From NCBI GenBank assembly GCA_031409275.1, contig JANNXA010000045.1:40875-104874 (forward strand): DNA of 64,000 nt, in the 5' to 3' direction. This document shows positions 1 through 8,900 of this stretch, one piece after another (the stretch's first letter is position 1; every line of letters starts with the position of its first letter). The notes under the pieces are model-generated. The model had not been told where the DNA came from and made no database searches. It worked only from the letters and a program-made list of their open reading frames with translations. Both the position numbers and the translations under genes were made by a program. This DNA is from Planctomycetota bacterium (lineage in GTDB: Bacteria > Planctomycetota > B15-G4 > SIAN01).

Positions 1-498
1 CGGCAGCGTGTCGAGGCCCGGGAATGGCGCAACCGGCTTGATCTTCTTCTCGCCGCCGACCCAGCTTCGGATGCCGTTCACCTCGGTCGGGTCGCCGCCC
101 TTCACGAGCGCGTCCATCACGTCGACGAGCGCATAGTCGCCCTCGCCGATGCAGACGTAGTCCCACAGCTTCGACTCGTGCACTTCGTCCGGCACCATCG
201 TGCAGTGGACGCCGCCGATGATCTGCTTCAACTCGGGGAACGCGGCGCGGATCGCCTTGCCCGCCTCGATGCACCAGTCGTACTGCATCGAGAGCGCGGA
301 GAAGCCGATCAGGCCGGGCTTGGTCTCGCGCACGTAGTCGACGACCTGCGCCATCGTCGGCACCGGCTCGAGCTTCTCGCAAACGTGCCAGAGGTCCATC
401 TCGTGGCCGCGCGACTTCACGACGCCCGCGAGCGAAGCGATGCCGTGGTTGCTGCCAGCCGGCGCGTCGAGGCTCGGGTAGAGCAGAAGGATCTTCAT
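1..498 (-). CDS. B12-binding domain (probable radical SAM) protein, N-terminal part; runs off the window edge
   Basis: Not in the ORF track. Hand translation from ATG 498 gives MKILLLYPSLDAPAGSNHGIASLAGVVK...GLIGFSALSMQY...IIGGVHCTMVPDE...DYVCIGEGDYAL...FPGLDTLP, a typical cobalamin-binding N-terminal domain of class B radical SAM enzymes. Confidence 0.8.
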   Translation of the reverse strand, partial: MKILLLYPSLDAPAGSNHGIASLAGVVKSRGHEMDLWHVCEKLEPVPTMAQVVDYVRETKPGLIGFSALSMQYDWCIEAGKAIRAAFPELKQIIGGVHCTMVPDEVHESKLWDYVCIGEGDYALVDVMDALVKGGDPTEVNGIRSWVGGEKKIKPVAPFPGLDTLP

Positions 499-774
499 CC
501 GGCGTGCGCTCCGGGAACAAGTCAGAGCAGCGAAGCCCCCGCGAACCAACGCGGCGACGCCTCCGGAAAACGGCTCTCCAGAGGGCTCCTCCCTCGAAAC
601 AGGACCAAACTCATACAGATTCGAGCAGTCGATGCAACGCGCGCATTCGCACGGAGTTGTGGCGGGCGCGGTCGCTTCGGAACCAACTTCTCACCGCGCC
701 CAGGCGTTTCGGCTCCGGATGGAGCGCCTTGTGACGATTCCTAGGTAGCCACCCCAACGTCGGAGTCCGCCGCC

Positions 775-1161
775 ATGCACCCCCCTCGACCCAAGCGAGC
801 CACTCGATCGCGCCGCAGCGGCTTTGCGCTCGTCGAGTTGATGGTGACTTCGATCGTGCTGATGACCGGATGCGTCGCCCTGGTGCTCTCCACCAGCACC
901 ACCGGCCTCGCGACCTTCAAGGCCGAGCAGGCCAGCGTCACCAAGAACACGCTCGACTGGCTGCTCGAAAGTCTCGCCGACGTGGAGTTCGACGACCTGC
1001 TGTCGTGGAACGGGGTCAGCTTCGACCGCGGCGACCACACCGCCCGTGTCAACGCAACCACGGTGTCGCTCGGACTGATCAGCCTCGAGATGACGGTCAC
1101 CGACGACCGCACCGGCAGCGTCCTGGGGCGCATCGCGACGCTGCGCTCGGGAGGCTACTGA
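775..1161 (+). CDS. Prepilin-type N-terminal cleavage/methylation domain protein (PilV-like minor pilin)
   Basis: Basic leader, then G|FALVELMV (Gly at -1, Glu at +5) and a hydrophobic helix. Confidence 0.75.
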   Translation: MHPPRPKRATRSRRSGFALVELMVTSIVLMTGCVALVLSTSTTGLATFKAEQASVTKNTLDWLLESLADVEFDDLLSWNGVSFDRGDHTARVNATTVSLGLISLEMTVTDDRTGSVLGRIATLRSGGY

Positions 1162-1162
1162 G

Positions 1163-1750
1163 ATGGCGACCCCACGACGCAAGACGCGCGGCACCACGCT
1201 GCTCGAGACCTCGATCACGGCGACGCTCCTCGTCGGGGTGGTCGGCACCGCGCTCTCCCTGACGCGCGAATCGCAGGGCGTCATGCTCGATTGCATGCGC
1301 GCACTCGCCGAGCGGACCGAGTCGAGCAACGCGTTCGACGAGCTCGCCGAGTCGATCGCGCAGGCGAATGGCGCGACCCTCCAGATCGACACCCGTCCGG
1401 TGGACGGCGACCTCCTGCTGCTCCAGGTGCCGGTCAACCTCGTCGGCAGCGCCGCGACGTGGGGCGCGACCTCTCTCGACCGCGTCACGTCCACGCAATG
1501 GGCCGGCGCCTTCGACGAGTACCGGCTGATCGCGTCGCAGAACCACCGCACGAAGTTCCGCCTCACCCGCCGACCGGTCGACGCGAACGGCCAGCCACTG
1601 GCCGCGGCGGTCGACATCGCCGACGGGATCGATGGCGTCGACTCGGCGGGCCACAAGGGATTCACCGTCTTCCGTGACGCGAGCCTCGTTCGCGTCACCC
1701 TGCGCGTCGGACATGCCGTCGACGTCACCGTCCGTCTGCGCAATCCGTGA
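1163..1750 (+). CDS. Prepilin-like protein (PilW/PulJ-like)
   Basis: RKTRG|TTLLETSI class III signal with Glu at +5; starts 1 nt after the previous stop codon. Confidence 0.7.
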   Translation: MATPRRKTRGTTLLETSITATLLVGVVGTALSLTRESQGVMLDCMRALAERTESSNAFDELAESIAQANGATLQIDTRPVDGDLLLLQVPVNLVGSAATWGATSLDRVTSTQWAGAFDEYRLIASQNHRTKFRLTRRPVDANGQPLAAAVDIADGIDGVDSAGHKGFTVFRDASLVRVTLRVGHAVDVTVRLRNP

Positions 1751-3672
1751 GAACTCCCATGAACCGCATGCCCATCGCTTCGAACGTCCAAGGAATGCGC
1801 ACGCGAAGCCGCGAAGCGGGCTCCACGCTCGTCGTCGCGCTCGCATCGACCATGCTCGCCGCGGGCATCGCCTACGCCGGCCTGTCGATCGCCACGACCG
1901 GCCAGGCCGACTCGGCGCGCCAGGAACTCAAGCTGCGCGCGAAGGCGCTGGCCGATGCCGGGGTGCATCGCGCCGTGACCTTCCTGAACCAGACCACGCA
2001 CCTGAGCCCGTTCGATCCATTCGCCGCGGTCGACGCGCTCCTGTTCGACGGTGGCGGAGCGCCGATCGACTACGCGCTGGCGGAGGACGAGCCGCTCACC
2101 GTCGGCGGTCGCACCTACGGCAGCTACTCGGTCCACGCGTCGGCGATCCAGAACGGGCTCGTGCGCGACGTCACCGTGACCGCGACCGGCTACGTCCCGA
2201 ACCGCCAGGCGGCCCAGTTCCGCAAGACCGTGCAGGCGGTCGTGCGACTCGAACAGCGCCCCGCCGAAGTCTTCGACTACAGCTACTTCATCAACAACTG
2301 GGGCTGGTTCTACGGCAGCACGATCAACGGCTACGGCAACGTGCGCTCGAACGGACAGTTCGACGCCGCCAACTACTCGCCAGGCGTCTTCGGTGCGCCG
2401 CGCTACGAGCAGATGGACCTGACCAACCCGTCGCTGCCCGACCTCGTCGGCTACCAGGACGACAACCACGACGGCATCGTCGACGGCACCGACGGCGGGA
2501 TCTTCGCCGGCTGGGACATCAAGGACTCGACCCACGTGCGCGGCCTCGGCGGCGACACGGCGAACCAGCACGACTACGTCGCGCAGGTGCCGATGCCCAA
2601 CTTGAGCGACCTCGCCGTCTACGAGTCGATGGCGCTGTCCGCGGGCGCAAGCCTGTCGATCAGCGGCGGCGCCGGCTTCCCTGCGACCCCGGTCACCGAC
2701 GCGGTGCTCGGGGACGGCGTCGGCGAGAAGCAGAACCTGGTGCTGATCGGCACCGTCGACAAGCCGATCCTGCTGAACGGTCCGGTCGTCGTCCGCGGCG
2801 ACGTCATCCTGTCGGGCGTGGTGAGCGGCCAAGGGTCGATCTACGCCGGCGGCAACGTCTACGTCGCGAAGAACATCACCTACCTCGATCCGCCGACGAC
2901 CTCGAAGCCGGCGACCAACAGCGAAGCGGACACCGAAGCGTGGATCGCGGCGAATCACTCGAAGGACTTCCTCGGCCTCTTCGCCCGCGAGCATGTCGTC
3001 ATGGGCGACTACACGAACTGGATCTGGCGCTACTACGTCAACTGGTGGATGAACGACTCGATGAACGCCAGCGTCGAAGACGCGGGTCTCGACCAGATCC
3101 CGGGCACGCGGGCCGGTCGCGACGGGATCATGAACACCGCCGACGATGACATCCTCGAAGGCGATGGCGTCTTCACCGTCGACCGCTACACGCAGGCGCA
3201 CGCGAACCTCGGCCAGATCCCCGCGGGCAAGAGCGTCGGCGACGTGATCCCCGGCTCGGGCGAGGACATCGATGGCGACGGCAGCTTCGACGCGACCGCA
3301 ACGCTCTCCGAGTTCGACCTGCCCGCCGCGCTGAACAGCGGCCAATGGGCCGGCAACGTGCCGCCTGGCACCGCGAACTTCAGCGAGATCTCGACGCTCG
3401 AACTCACCGACGTGAACGCCGCGATCTACACGAACCACGCCGCCGCGATGGTGACGCTGGCCTGGGGACGCGACTTCAACCTGCTCGGCGCAATCGTCTC
3501 GCGCAACGAGTCGATGATCTACGGCACCAACAGCATGAACCTCACCCACGATCGCCGGCTCACCGCGGGCGGCGCGTACGGCAGTCTGCTGCCGCGCGAA
3601 GTCGTCGCGGCGCGAATCCTCACCTGGCGCACGCTCGAGCAGGACGTGCACTTCCTCGGAGCCACACCGTGA
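1747..3672 (+). CDS. PilX-like pilus assembly/tip protein with Asp/Gly-rich putative Ca-binding loops
   Basis: REAG|STLVVALAST leader lacking Glu+5, as in PilX/GspK; A(D/E)AG motif (ALADAGV); DDNHDG and EDIDGDG motifs. GTGA overlap with the upstream gene; the true start may be a downstream ATG. Confidence 0.65.
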   Translation: MRTPMNRMPIASNVQGMRTRSREAGSTLVVALASTMLAAGIAYAGLSIATTGQADSARQELKLRAKALADAGVHRAVTFLNQTTHLSPFDPFAAVDALLFDGGGAPIDYALAEDEPLTVGGRTYGSYSVHASAIQNGLVRDVTVTATGYVPNRQAAQFRKTVQAVVRLEQRPAEVFDYSYFINNWGWFYGSTINGYGNVRSNGQFDAANYSPGVFGAPRYEQMDLTNPSLPDLVGYQDDNHDGIVDGTDGGIFAGWDIKDSTHVRGLGGDTANQHDYVAQVPMPNLSDLAVYESMALSAGASLSISGGAGFPATPVTDAVLGDGVGEKQNLVLIGTVDKPILLNGPVVVRGDVILSGVVSGQGSIYAGGNVYVAKNITYLDPPTTSKPATNSEADTEAWIAANHSKDFLGLFAREHVVMGDYTNWIWRYYVNWWMNDSMNASVEDAGLDQIPGTRAGRDGIMNTADDDILEGDGVFTVDRYTQAHANLGQIPAGKSVGDVIPGSGEDIDGDGSFDATATLSEFDLPAALNSGQWAGNVPPGTANFSEISTLELTDVNAAIYTNHAAAMVTLAWGRDFNLLGAIVSRNESMIYGTNSMNLTHDRRLTAGGAYGSLLPREVVAARILTWRTLEQDVHFLGATP

Positions 3673-4187
3673 ACGGGACTGCAACACCGTGGCCACGCGC
3701 CGCGCTCGGCGCGTTGCTGGCGCTCGGCATCGCGCTCCCCGGTGAGGCAGGCGCGCAGAGCTCGGCGCCGTCGACCTCGGGTCGGCCAGCCGAAGCGACG
3801 CTGCGACTGCGCGGCAGGAAGCTCGACACGCGCGCGAGCCTCTACCCCGGCTCGGCCGATCTCGCCGCGAGCGGCTGGGACCACCGCGATCGCGAGCTGC
3901 GTCAGCTCGGCCTCGAGACGGTCGAGGCGAGCATGCCTGAGATCTTCGACCCGGAAGTGCTGCGAGCCCGGGCGCTCGCACTGCATGGCGGCGCCGAAGT
4001 GGAGAGCGCCACCGTGGCGCGCACGCCGCTCGAGCCGCGCTCGTTCGCGACCGCTTCGGAGCTCGACGCCCCGGCGCCCGCACGATTCGGAGTGGTCACC
4101 GGCGGGCTCGTCGCTTTCGCCGGCGCGCTGCTGCTGCTGGCGGCGCGCCGCAAGCGACGGCTCGCGCGATCGAGCGAGCAACCGTAG
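3669..4187 (+). CDS. Hypothetical exported protein with C-terminal membrane anchor
   Basis: GTG 3669 overlaps the previous TGA; signal-peptide-like N-terminus (…AGA|QS); C-terminal hydrophobic helix followed by RRKRR. Confidence 0.55.
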   Translation: MNGTATPWPRAALGALLALGIALPGEAGAQSSAPSTSGRPAEATLRLRGRKLDTRASLYPGSADLAASGWDHRDRELRQLGLETVEASMPEIFDPEVLRARALALHGGAEVESATVARTPLEPRSFATASELDAPAPARFGVVTGGLVAFAGALLLLAARRKRRLARSSEQP

Positions 4188-4195
4188 GAGCCGGC

Positions 4196-4831
4196 TCAGC
4201 CGCGGCGCTTCTTCAGCGGCTTTCCGTCGGCGCTGGTCGGCGGCGCGTCCTTCGCCGTGCCGCCATGCTTCTTGCCTTCGAGCGGCGGGATGCGGCCGTC
4301 GGCGAGCGCCTGCGCGAGGTACTCGACTTCGCCCTGAATCGTGGTGTCGGCGGTCTTCGGACTCTCCTTGGGATTCAGGCAGAAGAGGTCCCACGCCTCA
4401 CCCCGCTCGCCATGCTGGCGCACGTTCCAATCGCCCGACTTCTTGTCGCGCGACAGAGGGAAGAGGACGCAGCGCCACGGCTTGTACTGGAAGCGGTCGC
4501 CTTCCTCGGCCCCGACCTTGTGGAGCACGCAACCGTCGTTGAAGAAGATGCACCAGCCTTTGCTGACCTTCAGCGTCGGCAGCCCCTCCTTCTCCTGATC
4601 GGAGAGCCAGCCGCTCTTCTCCGCCAGCGCGCGCGCCTCTGGTCGCAGGTGCGGCATGAACTTCGGCAGGTGCTTCGCGATCCGCTGCTGCTCGTGCGGC
4701 TCGACCGCCGGTCGGCCGTTCATGCAGCAGATCCCGCCACACGTCGGATAGACGCAGTCGAAGTGGGCGGTCTTCAGGTTCGCGATCGGCGGCGCCACGG
4801 CGAGGGGCACGGCGACTTTCTTCTTGCTCAC
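4196..4831 (-). CDS. Cys-rich DUF3109/YkgJ-like putative Fe-S or Zn cluster protein
   Basis: FDCVYPTCGGICC, CIFF...GCVLH, YKPWRCVLFPL; 4-nt overlap with the upstream GNAT gene. Confidence 0.65.
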   Translation of the reverse strand: MSKKKVAVPLAVAPPIANLKTAHFDCVYPTCGGICCMNGRPAVEPHEQQRIAKHLPKFMPHLRPEARALAEKSGWLSDQEKEGLPTLKVSKGWCIFFNDGCVLHKVGAEEGDRFQYKPWRCVLFPLSRDKKSGDWNVRQHGERGEAWDLFCLNPKESPKTADTTIQGEVEYLAQALADGRIPPLEGKKHGGTAKDAPPTSADGKPLKKRRG

Positions 4832-5427
4832 GAGCGCTCCTTGCGCGAAATCTCGGGTCCGCGCGCGGGCGACAACGGCCGTCCATCGACGCGGCGGGCG
4901 TAGACGACCTTGTCGTCGCCGAGGCGGTAGTAGTCGGGGATGCGAGCGATCTCGACGTAGTTCGCCCGTTCATAGAAGCGGCGCGTCGGCAGATAGGACT
5001 CCTTGCCGCCCGTTTCGATGAGGATCATGCGACCGCCGGCAACCCGCACGGCATCTTCGGCCGCGCGCAACAGCTGTTGACCGATGCCAACCCCGTGCAG
5101 CGTCGGATCGACGGCGATCCAGTAGAGATCGAAGATGCCGTCGGTGAGCGGCGTGAGGCCCCAGCACACGTAGCCGACCGCACGCGCCGCATCGCGTTCG
5201 CCAAGTTCGGCGACGCGGAAGCAATAGTCGTCGGGAAGCGCGGCGGCACCCGATCGCGCCTTGGCGATCCCCTCGTCGATCAGCTCCATCGCGACCGCCA
5301 GCTCGTTGTCGGGGAACGAACCGGTGGCGCGCAGGATCGCTTCGAGCGGCGCGCGATCGCTGGAATGCAGCTCACGCAACCGGACCGGGCCGGGCAAGCG
5401 CGAGGAGGCGGGCGACGAGCTGCTCAT
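4828..5427 (-). CDS. GNAT family N-acetyltransferase
   Basis: FDLYWIAVDPTLHGVGIG acetyl-CoA motif A and TRRFYERANY. Start uncertain: ATG 5427 overlaps the upstream gene, TTG 5379 is an alternative. Confidence 0.8.
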   Translation of the reverse strand: MSSSSPASSRLPGPVRLRELHSSDRAPLEAILRATGSFPDNELAVAMELIDEGIAKARSGAAALPDDYCFRVAELGERDAARAVGYVCWGLTPLTDGIFDLYWIAVDPTLHGVGIGQQLLRAAEDAVRVAGGRMILIETGGKESYLPTRRFYERANYVEIARIPDYYRLGDDKVVYARRVDGRPLSPARGPEISRKERS

Positions 5428-6397
5428 AGGTAGCCCCGGTGCGACCCCACGCGCGGGCGAAGCCGGCGTCGGGCGATAGGTCGGGATTGGGATTCGCTTC
5501 GAGGACGATCGGCGCGTCGGAGCCGTCGAGCCGCAAATCGATGCGGCCGTAACCCGTGAGCGACAGCGCATGCCACGCCGCGAGCGCGGCGCCCTGCACC
5601 CGCGCCGCGACCGCGGGCGCAAGCACGGCGTCGACGACGTTCGTGCCGTTCCAGTCGGGGCTGCCCTCGACCCACTTCGACTCGAAGGTGACCAGGCGCG
5701 GCCGTCCGGATGGGAACTTGGCGAAGTCGATCTCGGCCACCGGCAGCACTTGCGGCGCGTCGGCCGTCCCGACCAGCGCGACGTTCAGCTCGCGACCGGC
5801 GACGAAGCGCTCGACGAGGGCGGGCTGCCGATAGGTCTCGACGACGTAGCGCGCACGCGCGCGCGCCGCTGCGACGTCGTCGACCACGCTCGCCGCGGTG
5901 ATGCCGTGGCTCGCATCTTCGCGCGCCGGCTTCACGATCCACGGGAACGGCGCACGCGCCGCCAGCGCCGCCAGCAACGCATCGTCGCGAGGATCGCCGC
6001 GCTCGAACACGACCCCGTCGGCGACCGGAACGCCGCCCGCCGCGAGCAACGCCTTCGCCAGTGGCTTGCGCAAACTGAGCGCGCACGCAAGCGAGCGATT
6101 CCCGGTGAACGGCAACCCGGTCAGTTCGAGCAGCGCGGCGACCGCCGGTTCGAGCGCCGCGTCGCCGCGGTAGGACTCGACGAGATTGAAGACGACGTCG
6201 GGATGCGCGCGCTGCAGCGCGGCCAGCAAATCGGCCGGCTGATCGGGCGCCGGTTGCAGCCGCGCTTCGTGGCCCAGCGTGGCGAGCGCCGCCGCGACGG
6301 CTCGCGCACAGCTCTGCACGGAGACGACCGCGAGCGCATCCTGAGCGGATCCGTGGGCGAGCGCCTCCTCGGCGTTGTGCAGCACGACGACACGCAT
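5372..6397 (-). CDS. D-Ala-D-Ala ligase-like ATP-grasp enzyme (copy 2)
   Basis: VFNLVES, LPFTG, IVKPAREDASHGI, VERFVAGRELNV, YGRIDLR, LEANPNP. Confidence 0.85.
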   Translation of the reverse strand: MRVVVLHNAEEALAHGSAQDALAVVSVQSCARAVAAALATLGHEARLQPAPDQPADLLAALQRAHPDVVFNLVESYRGDAALEPAVAALLELTGLPFTGNRSLACALSLRKPLAKALLAAGGVPVADGVVFERGDPRDDALLAALAARAPFPWIVKPAREDASHGITAASVVDDVAAARARARYVVETYRQPALVERFVAGRELNVALVGTADAPQVLPVAEIDFAKFPSGRPRLVTFESKWVEGSPDWNGTNVVDAVLAPAVAARVQGAALAAWHALSLTGYGRIDLRLDGSDAPIVLEANPNPDLSPDAGFARAWGRTGATYEQLVARLLALARPGPVA

Positions 6398-6405
6398 CGC
6401 GGCGA

Positions 6406-7398
6406 TCAGCTCCGCGGCAGGCGGGAGAGCGCCTGGTCGAGGATGCGACCGATCAACCCGTCATGGTCGAGGCCGACGCGCTCCGACATCACGCAGAGGT
6501 CGCTCCAACCCGGGTTGACGCCCGGCAGCGGATTGAGCTCGATGAAACGAGGCACGCCATCGGCTCCGAGCCGCACATCGACGCGACCGACGTCGCGACA
6601 CTGCAGCGCGCGATAGGCGGCCAGCGCGGTGCGTTCGACCGCGGCCGTCAGCTCCGGCGCGCGGCGCGGCGGGACGTGGTATTCGACCTGCTCGTCCCAG
6701 ACGCGCTTCACCTCGACCGAGTAGACGAAGTCCGCGGTGACGCCGCCCTTCGGGCAGATCTCCATCGTCGCGAGCACGTGCGCGCGCTCGCCCTGACCGA
6801 GGATGCCGACGGTGAACTCCGGCCCGGTGAGGAACTCCTCGATGAGCGCGGGCTGCTCGTAGCCGGTCAACAGGCGCTCGACTTCACGGCGCAGCGCAGC
6901 GTCGTCGTTGCTCTTGCTGGTCTTGCGCACGCCCATGCTCGAGCCTTCGAACAGCGGCTTGGCGATGCATGGAAACGGCAGTTCGAGAGTCGCGAGCTGC
7001 TCGACCGTCGAGACCACCACTCCGCGCGCGACGGCGACGCCGGCGGCAGCGGCGATGGTCTTGGCCAGCGCCTTGTCGAGGCTGAGCGCGAGCGTCAACG
7101 GATCGCTGTGGGTGCAGGGAACGCCGACCATCTCGCAGGCGGCCGGCACGTGCGCCTCGCGCGAACGGGTGCCGTGGCCTTCGGCGACGTTGAAGACGAG
7201 CTCGGGCGGCCGCTCCAGCAGCGCGGCGAGGAAGCGCTTGCCGCCGCCCATGCGCCGCGGACGGTGGCCGCGCCGACTCAACGCCGCCTCGATGGCGGCG
7301 ATCGTGCGATCCGAGTCGTACTCCTCGAGCCGATCGTCCGGTGCGCCAGCGGCCGCCGTGAAGTCGCTCTTCAGGTCGAATGCGATGCCGATGTCCAC
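6406..7398 (-). CDS. D-Ala-D-Ala ligase-like ATP-grasp enzyme (copy 1)
   Basis: Real CDS begins at GTG 7398 (VDIGIAFDLK); FNVAEG, LDKALAK, AKPLFEGSSMG, IEEFLTGPEFTVG, GRVDVR, IELNPLPG. Confidence 0.85.
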   Translation of the reverse strand: MDIGIAFDLKSDFTAAAGAPDDRLEEYDSDRTIAAIEAALSRRGHRPRRMGGGKRFLAALLERPPELVFNVAEGHGTRSREAHVPAACEMVGVPCTHSDPLTLALSLDKALAKTIAAAAGVAVARGVVVSTVEQLATLELPFPCIAKPLFEGSSMGVRKTSKSNDDAALRREVERLLTGYEQPALIEEFLTGPEFTVGILGQGERAHVLATMEICPKGGVTADFVYSVEVKRVWDEQVEYHVPPRRAPELTAAVERTALAAYRALQCRDVGRVDVRLGADGVPRFIELNPLPGVNPGWSDLCVMSERVGLDHDGLIGRILDQALSRLPRS

Positions 7399-7427
7399 GA
7401 CCGCCCTTTCGTCCGCTCGCGCTTCGT

Positions 7428-8900
7428 TCAGGTCGAGTCGCGACGACTGCGGCCGCGGTGCGCCCACTTGCTCTTGCCGACCACGGTCTCGGTGGCCGGT
7501 GGCGCCGGCGCGGCTCCGTCCGCAGCGCTCGACGCCGACGCTGCGACGACCGGCGCTTTGCTCCGACCGCCGCTCTTCTCGCGACCATGGCTGCCATTGC
7601 GGCCGTTGCTCGAATGGCCGTTCTGCTCGGCCGCGTCGGCCGCCGACACCGCGAGTGCCGGCCGCGCGTGGCTGCTGCTCAGCGCGATCGGACCAGCGGC
7701 CGGCGTCGCGTTGGCCGAGGCCACGAGACGGCGGTGCAGGATCTCCTCCTCCGGCAGCTGCTCGAAGTACTCGAAGATGCGCCCCTGGAAGTTGCGCAGG
7801 ATCGCGCGCTGCTTCTTCGGGTCGTAGTGGAGCAGGTAGTTGGGATTGACCGGCACCTTGCCGCCGCCGCCGGGCGCGTCGATGACGTACTGCGGCACGG
7901 CGAGTCCGGAGGTGTGGCCGCGCAGCCCCTCCATGATCTCGAGTCCCTTGGCGATGGTCGTGCGCATGTGTTCGCTGCCGCGCACCGGATCGCAGTGGTA
8001 CACGTAGTAGGGGCGCACGCGCATCTTCATCAGGCCGTGCATCAACCCCTTCATGGTCTCGACGCTGTCGTTGACGCCCTTCAGCAGCACCGCCTGGTTG
8101 TTCAGCGGGATGCCGGCACGCGAGAGCATGTCGCACGCGCGCGCCGCTTCGGGCGTGCACTCGCGCGGGTGGTTGAAGTGCACGTTCACCCAGAGCGGGT
8201 GGTACTTCTGCAGCATGTCGCACAACTCGGCATCGACTCGCTGCGGCAGCGAGACGGGCACGCGGGTGCCGATGCGGATGATCTCGAGATGCGGGATGGC
8301 CCGCAGCTTGGAGAGGATCGATTCGAGCTTGCCGGTCGAGCAGGTGAGCGGGTCGCCACCCGACACGACCACGTCGCGCACGGTCTTGGTCTTCGCGATG
8401 TAGTCGACCATGCGGTCGATCTCCATCTCCGGCACGGCGTCCTCGTACATGATCCGCTTGCGCGTGCAGTAGCGGCAGTAGACCGCGCACGAGTTGCTGA
8501 TCACCATCAGCACGCGATCGGGATAGCGATGCGTGATGCCGGGGACGGGCGAGTAGGCCTCTTCGCCGAGCGGATCCTCGTCGCCGACGTCGCGGTAGGT
8601 GTACTCCTCCGCGATCGGCACCGCCTGCCGCAGGATCGGATCGTCCGGATCGTCGGCATCGATCAGCGCCAGGTAGTACGGCGGGATGCCCATGCGGAAG
8701 TCGCGCAGCACCTCGCGGCGCACCTCGCGCTCGCCTTCGGGGATCGGCAGCAGCTTGATCAGCTGTTCGAGGTCCGTGACGCGATTGCGGAACTGCCACT
8801 TCCAGTCGTTCCACTCCGCGTCGGAGACGTTCGGGTAGTAGTGGGCGCGACCCGTGCGTCGCGCAGCCACTGCGGCAGCGAGCCCGCTGCTCTGGATCAC
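7428..8900 (-). CDS. kamA: KamA family radical SAM enzyme (lysine 2,3-aminomutase-like)
   Basis: THRYPDR, CAVYCRYC (CxxxCxxC), SGGDPL, HFNHP, GLRGHTSG, DAPGGGGKVP (PLP lysine); ~100-aa low-complexity C-terminal tail. Confidence 0.9.
   Translation of the reverse strand: MIQSSGLAAAVAARRTGRAHYYPNVSDAEWNDWKWQFRNRVTDLEQLIKLLPIPEGEREVRREVLRDFRMGIPPYYLALIDADDPDDPILRQAVPIAEEYTYRDVGDEDPLGEEAYSPVPGITHRYPDRVLMVISNSCAVYCRYCTRKRIMYEDAVPEMEIDRMVDYIAKTKTVRDVVVSGGDPLTCSTGKLESILSKLRAIPHLEIIRIGTRVPVSLPQRVDAELCDMLQKYHPLWVNVHFNHPRECTPEAARACDMLSRAGIPLNNQAVLLKGVNDSVETMKGLMHGLMKMRVRPYYVYHCDPVRGSEHMRTTIAKGLEIMEGLRGHTSGLAVPQYVIDAPGGGGKVPVNPNYLLHYDPKKQRAILRNFQGRIFEYFEQLPEEEILHRRLVASANATPAAGPIALSSSHARPALAVSAADAAEQNGHSSNGRNGSHGREKSGGRSKAPVVAASASSAADGAAPAPPATETVVGKSKWAHRGRSRRDST

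Noticed and set aside
691..4083. Very long ORFs antisense to real genes (e.g. 691..4083-, 27892..31935-, 24352..27018-, 55848..57923-, 58383..60548-, most of 48250..51864+)
   Set aside because: These are shadow frames of high-GC coding sequence: Arg/Ala-rich with no motifs, while the opposite strand carries recognisable proteins.
5372..7398. Ligases as vancomycin-resistance (van) or housekeeping ddl genes, given the vanZ-like gene in the window
   Set aside because: No vanH, vanX, vanR/S or mur genes are adjacent, and the VanZ-family gene is ~12 kb away and belongs to a widespread family.
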